Part shown: piece by piece, positions 46,764-56,638 of the stretch
Position numbering within the stretch: position 1 is the stretch's first letter
Layout of the letters: each line of letters opens with the position of its first letter
DNA from: Candidatus Brocadiia bacterium
GTDB lineage: Bacteria > Planctomycetota > Brocadiia > CAIUPP01
Length of the DNA: 64,000 bases
Reading direction: 5' to 3'
Assembly: GCA_050015075.1 (NCBI GenBank)
Contig: JBEKCB010000006.1
Location: 121,581-185,580 of the forward strand
Position numbers and translations under genes: made by a program
Notes under the pieces: generated by a model
What the model saw: the letters and a program-made list of their open reading frames with translations, nothing else
Told to the model about the DNA's origin: nothing
Database searches by the model: none

Positions 46764-49154
46764 ATGAAGCGGAAGACGACCGACGCCGGACGCCGCGGGC
46801 CGCGCACCAGGAGCGCCGCTCCGCCTCCGGAATCCGCCGTCATCGCGCTCCGCGTCCGGCAGATCGCTTTCGCCATCACGCTGCTCGCCGCGGGCCTTGG
46901 ACCGCTGGCGCCGAATTTCGAGGGCAACCCGGTCCTGCGGCTCATCATCCAGATGTTTTTCATCCTCTCCGGCGCGCTGTGGGTCATCGCGATGGCGCTC
47001 GAGGGCCGCGTGCGGATTCGGAGCACGGGCCTCGAAATCGTCCTGCTGCTCCTGGCGGGCGCGCTGGTCTGCGGCTGCGTCAACGCCGTCTACAAGTACC
47101 CGGCGATGCTGACGCTCTTCTCGTGGCTCTCCGCGATGGTCGCGTTCGTCTTCCTGGTCAACGAGACGCGCTCCCGGTGGCGGCGGCTGATGGTGCTGTT
47201 GATGATCGGCGCGGCGACGTTCACGATCTCGCTGCACGGGCTGCACCAGATTACGGTGGACCTGCCGCGGGCGCGCGCGGTCTTCGCGCAGGACCCGGAC
47301 GCGGTGCTTCGCGATCTGCGGCTGCCGGCGGACGCCGCATTCGACCTGTATGGCCGGCTGGAGAAAGACCGGATCTTCAGCACGTTCTTTCTGCCCAATT
47401 CCCTGGCGGGGTTTCTGATCCTGCTGGCGCCGGCGCTCATCGGGCTGACGATGGACTGGTGGAAAAGCCGTCCTTCTCGCATCCGAGGCAAGAGCGATGG
47501 CGATGTGTCAGACAGTCAGCCCGCGGCGGACGACTTCTCATACGTCAGCCTGGCGATCCGGGCGGGACTGCTCGTCCCGGTGCTGCTGGCTCTTTACTTC
47601 ACGCAGTCCAAGGGCGGCTGGCTGGCGTTTCTGCTCGCGGCGGCCGTTTTCGCGGTCTGGGCGTTCGGGGCGCTGCTGTGGCACCGGAGGCTTCACGTCC
47701 TGGCGGTCTGCGCGGGCTTGATCATCGTCTGGGCTGCCGCGCAGGTCTCCGGACACTTGCCTTCGCTGGGAGACTACTTCGGCTCGACCTCCGTTCGGTA
47801 CGGCTACTGGCGCGCCGGCGTTTCCATCTTCACCGAACACCCGCTGGTCGGAGTGGGGTTGGACAACTACGCGGATTTCTATGCGTCGAAGAAGCAGCCG
47901 GAGGACCAGGACGCACGCCGCGCGCACAACGACTACATTCAACTGGCGGCCGAAACCGGCCTGATCGGGATCCTGACCTACGGGGCATTCCTGGCGCTCT
48001 TCTGGCGAAGGGTAACGCGCATGGGCGCCGAGCCGGTCCTCGCGCAACCGGAGCCCGCCGCCTTGAACGCGACCGCCACGGCCGGCCTGCTGGCGTTGTC
48101 GGTGATGATCCTCGGGCTGGAGGAACTGTGCGGCGGCGCGCTGCGCGCCTCGACGGGCTTCTGGAGCTGGCAATGGCTCGCTGCGCTCTGGCTGGGCTGG
48201 ATGGCTTATCTCCTGTTGAACGCCCGGAGCCAGGACCCGTTCGCGCTGGGCCGCTCATCGTACGCGACCATCGGCATCGCGTGCGGGATCATCGCCTACC
48301 TCGCGCACAGCCTGGGCGATTTCCACCATTACATCGGCGGGACCCTTCAGACGGCGTGGATCCTCATGGCCCTGCTGCTCTCGGCCCGGCTCAGCGAGGA
48401 GAAGGAATCGTACGCGGTGGATCGCCCGATCGGGCCCGGCCAACGGCTCGGACTGGTGTTCGGAGCCGCAGCGATCGTCCTGCTGGTGCTCTACGGTTTT
48501 GTGGCGCGCGTCGCGGAGTCCAACGTCCTGCGCGAGCGCGCGCTCGAGCCGCGCCGTGCCGAAGAGGACTGCCGGCGCGACCTTGAGGAGGCGGTCCAAC
48601 GGTTCCCGATGGACGCGGAGAATCACGCGCTGCTCTCCGATTTTTACCTCGGCGAGTGGCGCATGGGACGCCGGCGGACGGAGCAGAACGTGTCGGTGAT
48701 CTCCCTGGCGATCCACAGCGCCAAGGACGCCATCGAGTTGAACCCGATGCGCTCCGAATATTACTCGCGGCTGGGGCGGCTGTGCGAGATTCAATGGCGC
48801 GAACGCCATCTGCCGCAGGATTACCAGGACGCGACGGCGGCTTACGCGAGAGCCGAGGAACTTTTCCCGAGCAACCCGGAGATGCCGTTGAACCTCGGCC
48901 GACTGTATGACGCGGCCGGGAATTACCAGGCCGCGTTGCCCAAATACATCGGCGCGCGGCGGCTGAGCGACGAGCAATATCACATCCCGCGCAAGTTCAA
49001 CGAGCGCGAACTGGCGGAACTGAGCCAGCGGATTCAGCAGTTGCAACTGGCCGACGTGGACCGGACGCCGCCGCCGCCGAACGCGTTCCGCCAGCCGCGC
49101 CTGCTGGGTTGGCCGCGCGGCGCGTCGCCGGCCGCTGCGCCGGAAGCGCCGTAA
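46764..49154 (+). CDS. O-antigen ligase family protein with C-terminal TPR region
   Basis: TQSKGG, GVGLDNY, AHNDYIQ; TPR-like helices. Confidence 0.85.
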   Translation: MKRKTTDAGRRGPRTRSAAPPPESAVIALRVRQIAFAITLLAAGLGPLAPNFEGNPVLRLIIQMFFILSGALWVIAMALEGRVRIRSTGLEIVLLLLAGALVCGCVNAVYKYPAMLTLFSWLSAMVAFVFLVNETRSRWRRLMVLLMIGAATFTISLHGLHQITVDLPRARAVFAQDPDAVLRDLRLPADAAFDLYGRLEKDRIFSTFFLPNSLAGFLILLAPALIGLTMDWWKSRPSRIRGKSDGDVSDSQPAADDFSYVSLAIRAGLLVPVLLALYFTQSKGGWLAFLLAAAVFAVWAFGALLWHRRLHVLAVCAGLIIVWAAAQVSGHLPSLGDYFGSTSVRYGYWRAGVSIFTEHPLVGVGLDNYADFYASKKQPEDQDARRAHNDYIQLAAETGLIGILTYGAFLALFWRRVTRMGAEPVLAQPEPAALNATATAGLLALSVMILGLEELCGGALRASTGFWSWQWLAALWLGWMAYLLLNARSQDPFALGRSSYATIGIACGIIAYLAHSLGDFHHYIGGTLQTAWILMALLLSARLSEEKESYAVDRPIGPGQRLGLVFGAAAIVLLVLYGFVARVAESNVLRERALEPRRAEEDCRRDLEEAVQRFPMDAENHALLSDFYLGEWRMGRRRTEQNVSVISLAIHSAKDAIELNPMRSEYYSRLGRLCEIQWRERHLPQDYQDATAAYARAEELFPSNPEMPLNLGRLYDAAGNYQAALPKYIGARRLSDEQYHIPRKFNERELAELSQRIQQLQLADVDRTPPPPNAFRQPRLLGWPRGASPAAAPEAP

Positions 49155-49162
49155 CTTTAGTC

Positions 49163-49192
49163 TTGACCCATGACGGAGCGTGGGGCTATAAT
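49163..49192 (+). promoter_or_regulatory. Putative promoter of the lpdA-hydrogenase-metVF operon
   Basis: TTGACC-18bp-TATAAT. Confidence 0.55.
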
Positions 49193-49249
49193 GCGCCCTC
49201 GCGTCATTTTCGCGAACGTTGGAATGCGCAGGGGCGGCCGGAGAGCAGC

Positions 49250-50623
49250 GTGAATTACGACATCCTCGTGGTCGGCGGCGGACCGGGCGGCTACGTCGCC
49301 GCGATCCGCGCCGCACAACTCGGCGCGCGCACGGCGCTCGTCGAGGAACGCGATCTCGGCGGCACCTGCCTGAACCGCGGTTGCATTCCCACCAAGGCGC
49401 TGGTGGAAAGCGCGCGCGCGTTCTCCACCGCTCGCCGCGGCGCGGAGTTCGGCGTCGTTTGCTCCGACCTCCGCCCGGATTACGCGCGGATGGGCCAGCG
49501 CAAGGACGAAGTCGTCGCCCGCCTCCGCAAAGGCGTTCAATCCCTCCTCCAGAAGAACAAGGTGGAGGTGATCGCCGGCCGCGGCAGGCTGGCAGACCGC
49601 CACACAGTCGAGGTGATTTCCTCGGGCGAACCGCGCAAGGTCAGCGCTCATCATCTCATCCTCGCGACCGGCTCCGAACCGCTGAAACCCGCAAGCTTCC
49701 CCTTCGACGGCAAATCGGTGCTGACGAGCGACGACGCGCTGCGGCTCCAGGAGATTCCGAAGAGCCTGCTGGTCGTCGGCGGCGGCTACATCGGCGTCGA
49801 GTGGGCCAGCATCTTCGGCGAACTCGGCGCGCGCGTGACGGTCGTCGAGATGATGGACCAGTTGCTCCCGCGCAGCGACGCCGACCTCGCGAAGGAACTC
49901 TTCCGCATCTTCAAGAAATCGGGGATGGACATCCATCTGCAGACGCAGGTCAAGAGCGTGAAAGTCCAGGCCGAGGGCGTGACGTGCGAGCTTTCCAGCG
50001 GGAAGAGCGTCGTCGCGGAGAAGGTGCTCGTCTCGGTCGGCCGCGCGCTGAACTCGGGCGAGATCGGGCTCGAAGCCGTCGGCGTCAAGTCCGAGCGCGG
50101 CGCGATCCTGATTGACGAACATTGCCGCACGAACGTGCCGAACGTCTACGCCATCGGCGACGTGACCGGCAAGATACAGCTTGCGCACGTCGCCTCGCGC
50201 CAGGGCATCATCGCCGCCGAATGCGCCACCGGGCACGACCGGAAGATGGACTATCGCGTCGTCCCGTCCTGCGTCTTCACGCACGTCGAGATCGGCTCGG
50301 TCGGCATGACCAGCGCCGAGTGCGCGGCGACGAAGATCGAGGTGAAGGAGTCGCGCTTCCCCTTCATGGCGCTCGGCAAGGCGCAGGCGATCGGCGAGAC
50401 GCAGGGTTTTGCGAAAATCATCGCCCAGGCGAAGAGCGGCGAGGTGCTCGGAGTCCACGTGATCGGCGCGCACGCCTCGGACCTGGTCGCCGAGGCCGGC
50501 CTCGCGATGGCGATGGAAGCCACCGTCGAAGAGATCGCGCAAACGATCCACGCGCACCCGACGATGCCGGAGGCGCTCTCCGAGGCCGCCATGGCCTGGC
50601 TCGGGCGCGGCATTCATTTTTGA
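49250..50623 (+). CDS. lpdA: Dihydrolipoyl dehydrogenase
   Basis: GGGPGGY, GGTCLNRGCIP redox disulfide, HAHPTMPE. Confidence 0.95.
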   Translation: MNYDILVVGGGPGGYVAAIRAAQLGARTALVEERDLGGTCLNRGCIPTKALVESARAFSTARRGAEFGVVCSDLRPDYARMGQRKDEVVARLRKGVQSLLQKNKVEVIAGRGRLADRHTVEVISSGEPRKVSAHHLILATGSEPLKPASFPFDGKSVLTSDDALRLQEIPKSLLVVGGGYIGVEWASIFGELGARVTVVEMMDQLLPRSDADLAKELFRIFKKSGMDIHLQTQVKSVKVQAEGVTCELSSGKSVVAEKVLVSVGRALNSGEIGLEAVGVKSERGAILIDEHCRTNVPNVYAIGDVTGKIQLAHVASRQGIIAAECATGHDRKMDYRVVPSCVFTHVEIGSVGMTSAECAATKIEVKESRFPFMALGKAQAIGETQGFAKIIAQAKSGEVLGVHVIGAHASDLVAEAGLAMAMEATVEEIAQTIHAHPTMPEALSEAAMAWLGRGIHF

Positions 50624-50651
50624 ATTCGTCTTTTGCATGAGGATTCTCACG

Positions 50652-50897
50652 ATGCCGGATACCGAAGTGAAACTGCCTTCCCTCGGCGACGGCGCGCCCG
50701 ACGCGGCGAACCTTTCGTTCTTCTTCGTGCGCGAAGGCGACGACGTCAAAGAGGGCGACGATTTCTGCGAGATGTTCACGGACAAGGCGACCTTCACGGT
50801 CCCCTGCCCGCTCAACGGGCGCGTGAAACAGATTCTGGTCCAGGAGAATCAGTCGGTCAAGGTGGGCCAACCGCTGGCGGTCGTCCAGACGGCCTGA
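50652..50897 (+). CDS. Stand-alone lipoyl-carrier domain protein
   Basis: E2-type lipoylation motif TDKA; alternative start at 50637. Confidence 0.85.
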   Translation: MPDTEVKLPSLGDGAPDAANLSFFFVREGDDVKEGDDFCEMFTDKATFTVPCPLNGRVKQILVQENQSVKVGQPLAVVQTA

Positions 50898-50933
50898 GCG
50901 GCGCGGCTCACGTGGAGCAGGAGGAACGGCGCG

Positions 50934-51812
50934 ATGGAACCCACGGTGAAGGAAATCCCGGTCGTCTGGTACCAGGCGGCCAGTTGCAGCGGCGATTCGG
51001 TCTCGCTGCTCAACAGCGCAAGCCCGAACGTGCGCAACATCCTGATTGACGAAATCATCCCTGGACATCACATCAACCTGCTCTTCCAGATGACGGTCAT
51101 GGCCGGCCAGGGCGAGCCGGTCATGGAGATTCTCCGGGATACCGCGGAGAACCGAAAAGGCGGTTACATCCTCGTGGTCGAGGGCACGATCCCGACCGCC
51201 GTCAACGGCGCGATGGGATCGGTCGGCGAGAAAGGCGGCAAGCCGCTGACGATGGTCGAGGCGGTGGACCATCTCGGCCGCAACGCCCTCGCCGCGCTGG
51301 CGGTCGGCACGTGCGCCAGCTTCGGCGGCATCTTCGCCGCCGAGCCCAACCCGAGCGGCTCGATGGGCCTGGCGGACTTCTTCCGCAGCCGCGGGATCAA
51401 GACGCCGGTCATCAACATCCCTGGCTGCCCGATGCATCCGGACTGGTTCACCGGAACGGTGGCGCACATCCTGCTGTTCGGACTGCCGCGCGCGGACCAG
51501 CTCGACGACGCCGGGCGCCCGCTCAGTTTCTTCGGGTCGCAGATTCACGAAAATTGTCCGCGGCGGCCGTCCTTCGACGCCGGCAAGTTCGCCAAGAAGA
51601 TCGGCGACGAAGGCTGCCTTTACCTCGTCGGCTGTAAAGGGCCGGTGAGCTACGCCGATTGCCCCGCGCGCGGGTTCAACAACCATACGAACTGGTGCAT
51701 CCAGGCCGGGTCGCCCTGCCATGGCTGCACGGAGCCCGGCTTCCCGGACAAGCTCTCGCCGCTCTATCAGAAACTGACTGAGGAGCGCCTGGCGCGGTTC
51801 TTCCTGAGTTGA
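50934..51812 (+). CDS. [NiFe] hydrogenase small subunit, no Tat signal
   Basis: VVWYQAASCSGD, VGTCASFGG, PGCP, HENC, CLYLVGCKGP, PCHGC. Confidence 0.92.
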   Translation: MEPTVKEIPVVWYQAASCSGDSVSLLNSASPNVRNILIDEIIPGHHINLLFQMTVMAGQGEPVMEILRDTAENRKGGYILVVEGTIPTAVNGAMGSVGEKGGKPLTMVEAVDHLGRNALAALAVGTCASFGGIFAAEPNPSGSMGLADFFRSRGIKTPVINIPGCPMHPDWFTGTVAHILLFGLPRADQLDDAGRPLSFFGSQIHENCPRRPSFDAGKFAKKIGDEGCLYLVGCKGPVSYADCPARGFNNHTNWCIQAGSPCHGCTEPGFPDKLSPLYQKLTEERLARFFLS

Positions 51813-51845
51813 ACGCGCTCTGGATTCCCCGGAGGAGAATGACCG

Positions 51846-53396
51846 ATGCAGAAGATCGCCATTGACCCCATCAGCCGCGTCGAGGGCCACCTGAAGATCG
51901 AGACGATGGTGGACCAGGGCGTCGTCAAAGAGGCGTCCGTCAGCGGCACGATGTTCCGAGGGTTCGAAATCTTCCTCAAGGGCCGCGACCCGTGGGACGC
52001 GCAGCGCCTGGTGCAGCGCGTGTGCGGCGTTTGCCCGGCCATCCACGGCGTGGCCGCGGCGCAGAATCTCGACGCGGCGTTCGGCATCACGCACCTCGTC
52101 CCGCACAACGGCCGCCACATCCGAAATCTCATCCTGGCGACCAATTACCTGCAGTCGCACATCCTGCATTTCTACGTCCTCGCGGCGCTCGATTTTGTGG
52201 ACCTCGCCGCCGTGGCCGACTACACCGGCGACGACGCGGACCTGAAGGCCGTGCGGCAGTTCCTCGACCGCGGCGCGGCGGCGCCGTTCCTGCCGCGCTA
52301 CGAAGGCGACTACCGGCTGACCAAGGAGCAGAACGTCCTGCTCGCGCGCCACTACGTCCAGGCGCTCCGGATGCGCGCGCTGGCGCACGAGGCGATCGCC
52401 CTCTTCGCCGGCAAGATGCCGCACGACGTCGGAGTTGTGCCCGGCGGCGTGACGGCCGGGCCGACGGCGGATAAGATTCTGGCCTTCGTTTCGAAGATCC
52501 GCGCCATCCGCGAGTTCATCGAGAACGCGTACCTGCCGGACCTGCTCACCGTCGCGCGAGCGTATCCCGATTACGCCGAAATCGGAAAAGGCGTGGAGAA
52601 CTATCTCGCCTGGGGCGCGTTCGACGAGGACCTGCACGTGGACCTCGGCGTGCGGCAGCGATATTTCCCCGGCGGCGTCATCCTCGACGGCAAGCTCAGC
52701 CCGGCAGACCCGTACAAGGTGTTCGAGTACGTGAAGCATTCCTGGTACACCGAGGACTGCGCGCGCGCGCCCGCGCAAGGCCAGACCGTGCCGGCGCCGG
52801 AAAAGCCGGAGGCGTACTCCTGGCTCAAGAGTCCGCGCTACGCCGGAACGGTGTGCGAGGTCGGGCCGCTGGCGCGGACGATGATCGCGTACACGGCCGG
52901 AAACCGCGAATGCAGGACGGAAGTCAACGCCCTGCTCTCGGAACTCAAGGCGACGCCCGCGGCGCTGAAGTCCGTCCTCGGCCGGCACGCGGCGCGCGCC
53001 ATCGAGGCGAAGCGCCTCGGCAAGATGGCGACGGATTGGGCCCTCGTGCTGAAGCCGGGCGAGCCGTTCTGCGCGGAGAGCAAAGTCCCGGAAAAAGGCG
53101 TCGGCTTCGGCTGCGTGGACGGGCCGCGCGGCGCGCTCGGACATTGGATCGAGATCGAGAATAAGAAGATCGCGCGCTACCAGTTGGTGGTCCCGACGAC
53201 GTGGAATTCTTCGCCCAAGGACGACCGCGGCCTGCCGGGTCCGATGGAACAGGCGCTGATCGGCGCGAAGGTGAAGGACGTGAAGAACCCCGTCGAACTG
53301 GCGCGCATCGTCCGTTCCTACGACCCGTGCCTGGCCTGCTCCGTCCACGTGCTGGACGCTCACCGGAACCTGACCGGAGTGGCTCGCATTGTGTGA
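51846..53396 (+). CDS. [NiFe] hydrogenase large subunit (group 1a-like)
   Basis: L1 RVCGVC and L2 DPCLACSVH (TGC Cys, not Sec), plus cleavable C-terminal tail. Confidence 0.95.
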   Translation: MQKIAIDPISRVEGHLKIETMVDQGVVKEASVSGTMFRGFEIFLKGRDPWDAQRLVQRVCGVCPAIHGVAAAQNLDAAFGITHLVPHNGRHIRNLILATNYLQSHILHFYVLAALDFVDLAAVADYTGDDADLKAVRQFLDRGAAAPFLPRYEGDYRLTKEQNVLLARHYVQALRMRALAHEAIALFAGKMPHDVGVVPGGVTAGPTADKILAFVSKIRAIREFIENAYLPDLLTVARAYPDYAEIGKGVENYLAWGAFDEDLHVDLGVRQRYFPGGVILDGKLSPADPYKVFEYVKHSWYTEDCARAPAQGQTVPAPEKPEAYSWLKSPRYAGTVCEVGPLARTMIAYTAGNRECRTEVNALLSELKATPAALKSVLGRHAARAIEAKRLGKMATDWALVLKPGEPFCAESKVPEKGVGFGCVDGPRGALGHWIEIENKKIARYQLVVPTTWNSSPKDDRGLPGPMEQALIGAKVKDVKNPVELARIVRSYDPCLACSVHVLDAHRNLTGVARIV

Positions 53397-53910
53397 TCTC
53401 GCGACATCTCTGCGGAACGACTGCGTGAGCGGCGCGATCGCCGTCGTCGGCGTCGGCAACCTGCTCATGGGAGACGATGGCGTGGGCATTGCCGTCATCC
53501 GGGAACTCGACAAGGCAGCGCCGCTGCCGGGGCACGTGGAGCTGTACGATGCGGGCACGGCGCTGCTGGACGTTCTGCCGGAGATCGAGCACTGCGCGCG
53601 CATCGTCCTCGTGGACTGCTGCCGCGCGGGCGGTGCGCCCGGAAGCATTTACCGGACGCGCATGCAACTGGACCAGTGGCAAACGGATCCGCTGGGCGAA
53701 TCGCTCCATGACCTGAACGTGCTGCACGCGCTGCAACTGCACCGGATCGTCACCGGGAAAATGAACGAGGTCGTCCTGATCGGCGTCGAGCCGGAGAGCG
53801 TTGTGCTCCGCGAAGGATTATCGCCCGTGCTGCGGGAGCGCCTTCCGGCGATCGTCGCAGCCGTGCGCGCGGAACTGGAAGCGCCTGCAAACAGCCGGCC
53901 CATTCAATAA
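53389..53910 (+). CDS. Hydrogenase maturation protease
   Basis: GVGNLLMGDDGVG, DAGT, SLHD; start may be GTG 53425. Confidence 0.92.
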   Translation: MCDLATSLRNDCVSGAIAVVGVGNLLMGDDGVGIAVIRELDKAAPLPGHVELYDAGTALLDVLPEIEHCARIVLVDCCRAGGAPGSIYRTRMQLDQWQTDPLGESLHDLNVLHALQLHRIVTGKMNEVVLIGVEPESVVLREGLSPVLRERLPAIVAAVRAELEAPANSRPIQ

Positions 53911-53960
53911 GGCTCAGGGCCGCCCTGAGCAAAGCCGAACGGGCGGCGAGGAGGAACTGA

Positions 53961-54716
53961 ATGAATGCCACGTCCAAGAAGAAGCTGGCCGAGGTCGTCA
54001 CCGCCTGCGGGCCGGCGAAGAATATCCTGCTGATCGGCTGCGGCGGCTGCCCGGTGGGGATGGAAACCGGCGGACCGGAGCAGCTCAAGAAAACCGCCGC
54101 CGCGCTCACCCAGGCGGAGAAGACCGTCACCGGCCAGATCATGATTGACATGGTGTGCAACAAGGCGCAGGTGGGCGTGCGACTCGGCCGGCATGTCCAG
54201 CAGGCCAAGGCCGCCGACGCCGTCGTCGTCTATTCCTGCGGTGTGGGCGTCCAGTCCGTCGGGAACGTGCTCCTGCGCCGCGTCGTCCCCGGCCTCAACA
54301 CCATCAACGTCGGCGGCCTGCAAGGGCTGTGGCCCGGCAAGGAACGCTGCGGCCAGTGCGGCGACTGCCTCCTGGCGCACACCGGCGGCATCTGTCCGAT
54401 CACCATGTGCACGAAGAGCCTCGTCAACGGCACCTGCGGCGGCACGAACCGCGGGAAGTGCGAAGTCAGCAAGAACAAGGACTGCGGCTGGTACCTGATC
54501 TACGAGCGCCTGAAGGCGCTGGGACAACTCGCCGAGCTTCAGCGCCCCGCCGAGCCGCGCAACCACGCCCTGCAGGACATCCCGGACGACCGCCGCGGGA
54601 CGATGCTCTGGGCGCTCGAGACCGAGGAGAAGGTGCAGCCGCCCGACCCGCCGAAGAAGAAGTTGAAGAAGAAAAAGAAGGGCGCCAAGGCCGTGAAGAA
54701 GGAGGCGAAGGCATGA
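53961..54716 (+). CDS. metV: Methylene-THF reductase Fe-S/Zn subunit MetV
   Basis: CGGC, SCGVGVQ, CGQCGDC...GGICPITMCTKSLVNGTCGG...CEV...CGW. Confidence 0.9.
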   Translation: MNATSKKKLAEVVTACGPAKNILLIGCGGCPVGMETGGPEQLKKTAAALTQAEKTVTGQIMIDMVCNKAQVGVRLGRHVQQAKAADAVVVYSCGVGVQSVGNVLLRRVVPGLNTINVGGLQGLWPGKERCGQCGDCLLAHTGGICPITMCTKSLVNGTCGGTNRGKCEVSKNKDCGWYLIYERLKALGQLAELQRPAEPRNHALQDIPDDRRGTMLWALETEEKVQPPDPPKKKLKKKKKGAKAVKKEAKA

Positions 54717-55612
54717 GCAAGCTCCAGGAATCGCTTCAGTCGGGCCAATTCACGATCACCGGCGAGATCGGCCCGCCCAAGGGCACCGACATTTCCCACT
54801 GCATGCACGGCGCGGACCTGATGAAGACGAAGGTGGTGGCCGTCAACGTGACGGACATCCAGACCGCCGTGATGCGCGTCGGCTCGCTCGCGGTCAGCGC
54901 CAAACTCGTCGAGCGCGGCATCGAGCCGGTGTTCCAGATGGTCTGCCGCGACCGGAACCGTCTGGCCCTGCAGAGCGACCTCCTGAGCGCAGCGATCCTG
55001 GGCATCGAGAACGTGCTGGCGCTCACCGGCGACCACACGCTCATGGGAGACCACCGCGACGCCAAGCCGGTATACGACCTCGACTCCGTCGGCCTGCTCC
55101 GCGCGATGGTCGCGCTCGAGTCGGGCCGGGACCTCGGTCGCGATTTCAAGGGCAACCCCAACCAGCTCGAAGGCGCGCCGAAGTTCCTCAAGGGCTGCTG
55201 CGTCACGCCGTGCGCGGAGGCCGTCGAGCCGCAGATCATCAAGCTCGAGAAGAAAGCCGAGGCCGGCGCCCAGTTCTGCCAGACGCAGGCGGTCTATGAC
55301 CCGGCCGCTTTCGAGCGGTTCATGAACGACGTCCAGCGGCGCAACATCAAGATTCCGATCCTCGTCGGCATCGTGGTCCTGAAGAACCTGGGCATGGCCA
55401 AGTACATGAACGGCAACGTCCCGGGCGTGGTCGTGCCGGAGCCGCTGATGAAAGAGCTGGCGGATACGCCCAAGGATGACATGAAGAAGAAGGCCATCGA
55501 GATCTCGGCGCGGCTCGTGCGCAGCATGCGGGCGATGTGCCAGGGCGCGCACCTGATGACGCTCGGCTGGGACGACACGGTCGCGCCCATCGTCGAGCAG
55601 GCCTCGGCCTAG
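54713..55612 (+). CDS. metF: Methylenetetrahydrofolate reductase MetF
   Basis: EIGPPKG, CRDRNRLALQSDL, LTGDH, GAQFCQTQ; ATGA overlap with metV. Confidence 0.93.
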   Translation: MSKLQESLQSGQFTITGEIGPPKGTDISHCMHGADLMKTKVVAVNVTDIQTAVMRVGSLAVSAKLVERGIEPVFQMVCRDRNRLALQSDLLSAAILGIENVLALTGDHTLMGDHRDAKPVYDLDSVGLLRAMVALESGRDLGRDFKGNPNQLEGAPKFLKGCCVTPCAEAVEPQIIKLEKKAEAGAQFCQTQAVYDPAAFERFMNDVQRRNIKIPILVGIVVLKNLGMAKYMNGNVPGVVVPEPLMKELADTPKDDMKKKAIEISARLVRSMRAMCQGAHLMTLGWDDTVAPIVEQASA

Positions 55613-55613
55613 C

Positions 55614-56078
55614 GTGACCGAGCGCATCCACGTCAGCCAGTCCGTGGACGAGACGCTGGCGCTGGGCGAGCGGATCGGCCGAGCGGCGCTGCCGGGCGAC
55701 GTGGTCGCGCTGTTCGGCGGGCTGGGCGCAGGAAAGACGGTCCTCGCGAAAGGCATCCTCCGCGGATTGGGCGGCGATCCGGACGACGCCACCAGCCCGA
55801 CCTTCACGCTGTTGCGGCAATACCAGGCCCGCCTGCAGTTGCATCACTTCGACGCCTACCGGCTCGGCACGCCGCGGGATCTTCTCGATATCGGCGCCGA
55901 GGAGGCGTTCTACGGCGGCGGAATCTGTGTGATCGAGTGGGCCGAGCGCGTGCTGGATGTGTTGCCCGCCGACCGGCTGGAGATTCACCTGGAAGTCAGC
56001 GGCGAGGCCCGGCGCGAGATCCGACTCTGCGCCGCCGGCCCGCGCGCGGAAGCGCTCCTCGGCCGAATGGGGCTGTAA
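55614..56078 (+). CDS. tsaE: tRNA threonylcarbamoyladenosine biosynthesis ATPase TsaE
   Basis: GGLGAGKT, SPTF, HFDAYRL, IEWAE. Confidence 0.95.
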   Translation: MTERIHVSQSVDETLALGERIGRAALPGDVVALFGGLGAGKTVLAKGILRGLGGDPDDATSPTFTLLRQYQARLQLHHFDAYRLGTPRDLLDIGAEEAFYGGGICVIEWAERVLDVLPADRLEIHLEVSGEARREIRLCAAGPRAEALLGRMGL

Positions 56079-56080
56079 CT

Positions 56081-56569
56081 CTACTCGATATGACGCGTCA
56101 CATCGCGCCAGCCTGAGATCTCTCTGCCGTAGATTCGCACCGGCGTGAGGCTCGTCACCCGCCAGGCGCCGTCCGCCTCTTTCCGGAATTCGGCCGCCCA
56201 TTCCAGGGCGCCCGACCAGACCGGGTATTCTCGCCTCGTGCTGCCCGAAACGCTCAGTTGCACGCGGGCCTGCGCGCCTGAAACGTTCACGGTCATCCAT
56301 TGGATTTTCCCGCTCGCGGAACCGTCGCTCAGGAACCTCTCCGCCAGGGACTTGAGGTGCTCCCGGGACATGGCCTCGGTGTCGAAGTCGGCCGAGATGT
56401 TCGAGAAAAGGAGGTCAATGTTCCCTTTCGCCGCCGCATCCGCCATTTCCTGCACGGTCCGCTCGATGCGCTTCTTATCGGTAACGATGTACCGGTTCAG
56501 CAGCATCGCCAGGGCCATGGCGCCGAGGATCGCCAGCGCAATCCGCACCTGGTTCCATGAAATATTCAT
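56081..56569 (-). CDS. Membrane-anchored hypothetical protein (NTF2-like fold possible)
   Basis: GAGGAGGA RBS, N-terminal TM segment, DGAWRV end. Confidence 0.7.
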   Translation of the reverse strand: MNISWNQVRIALAILGAMALAMLLNRYIVTDKKRIERTVQEMADAAAKGNIDLLFSNISADFDTEAMSREHLKSLAERFLSDGSASGKIQWMTVNVSGAQARVQLSVSGSTRREYPVWSGALEWAAEFRKEADGAWRVTSLTPVRIYGREISGWRDVTRHIE

Positions 56570-56638
56570 GGTTTACGTTCTCCTCCTCGCATGCTATCAT
56601 CCATTCCGAAAGAACTTCTGTCAACCTCCGGAGGCGGC

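Noticed and set aside
50652-50897. Glycine cleavage H protein (gcvH)
   Set aside because: Too short, and it has the E2-type TDKA motif rather than the GcvH ESVKA context
53320-53350. Selenocysteine [NiFeSe] hydrogenase
   Set aside because: The codon after DP is TGC (Cys) and there is no in-frame TGA
50418-53648. 1076-aa minus-strand ORF and similar long shadows (4585-6858, 22979-25135, 60483-62855)
   Set aside because: Antisense to well-supported genes; a common high-GC artefact with no recognisable motifs
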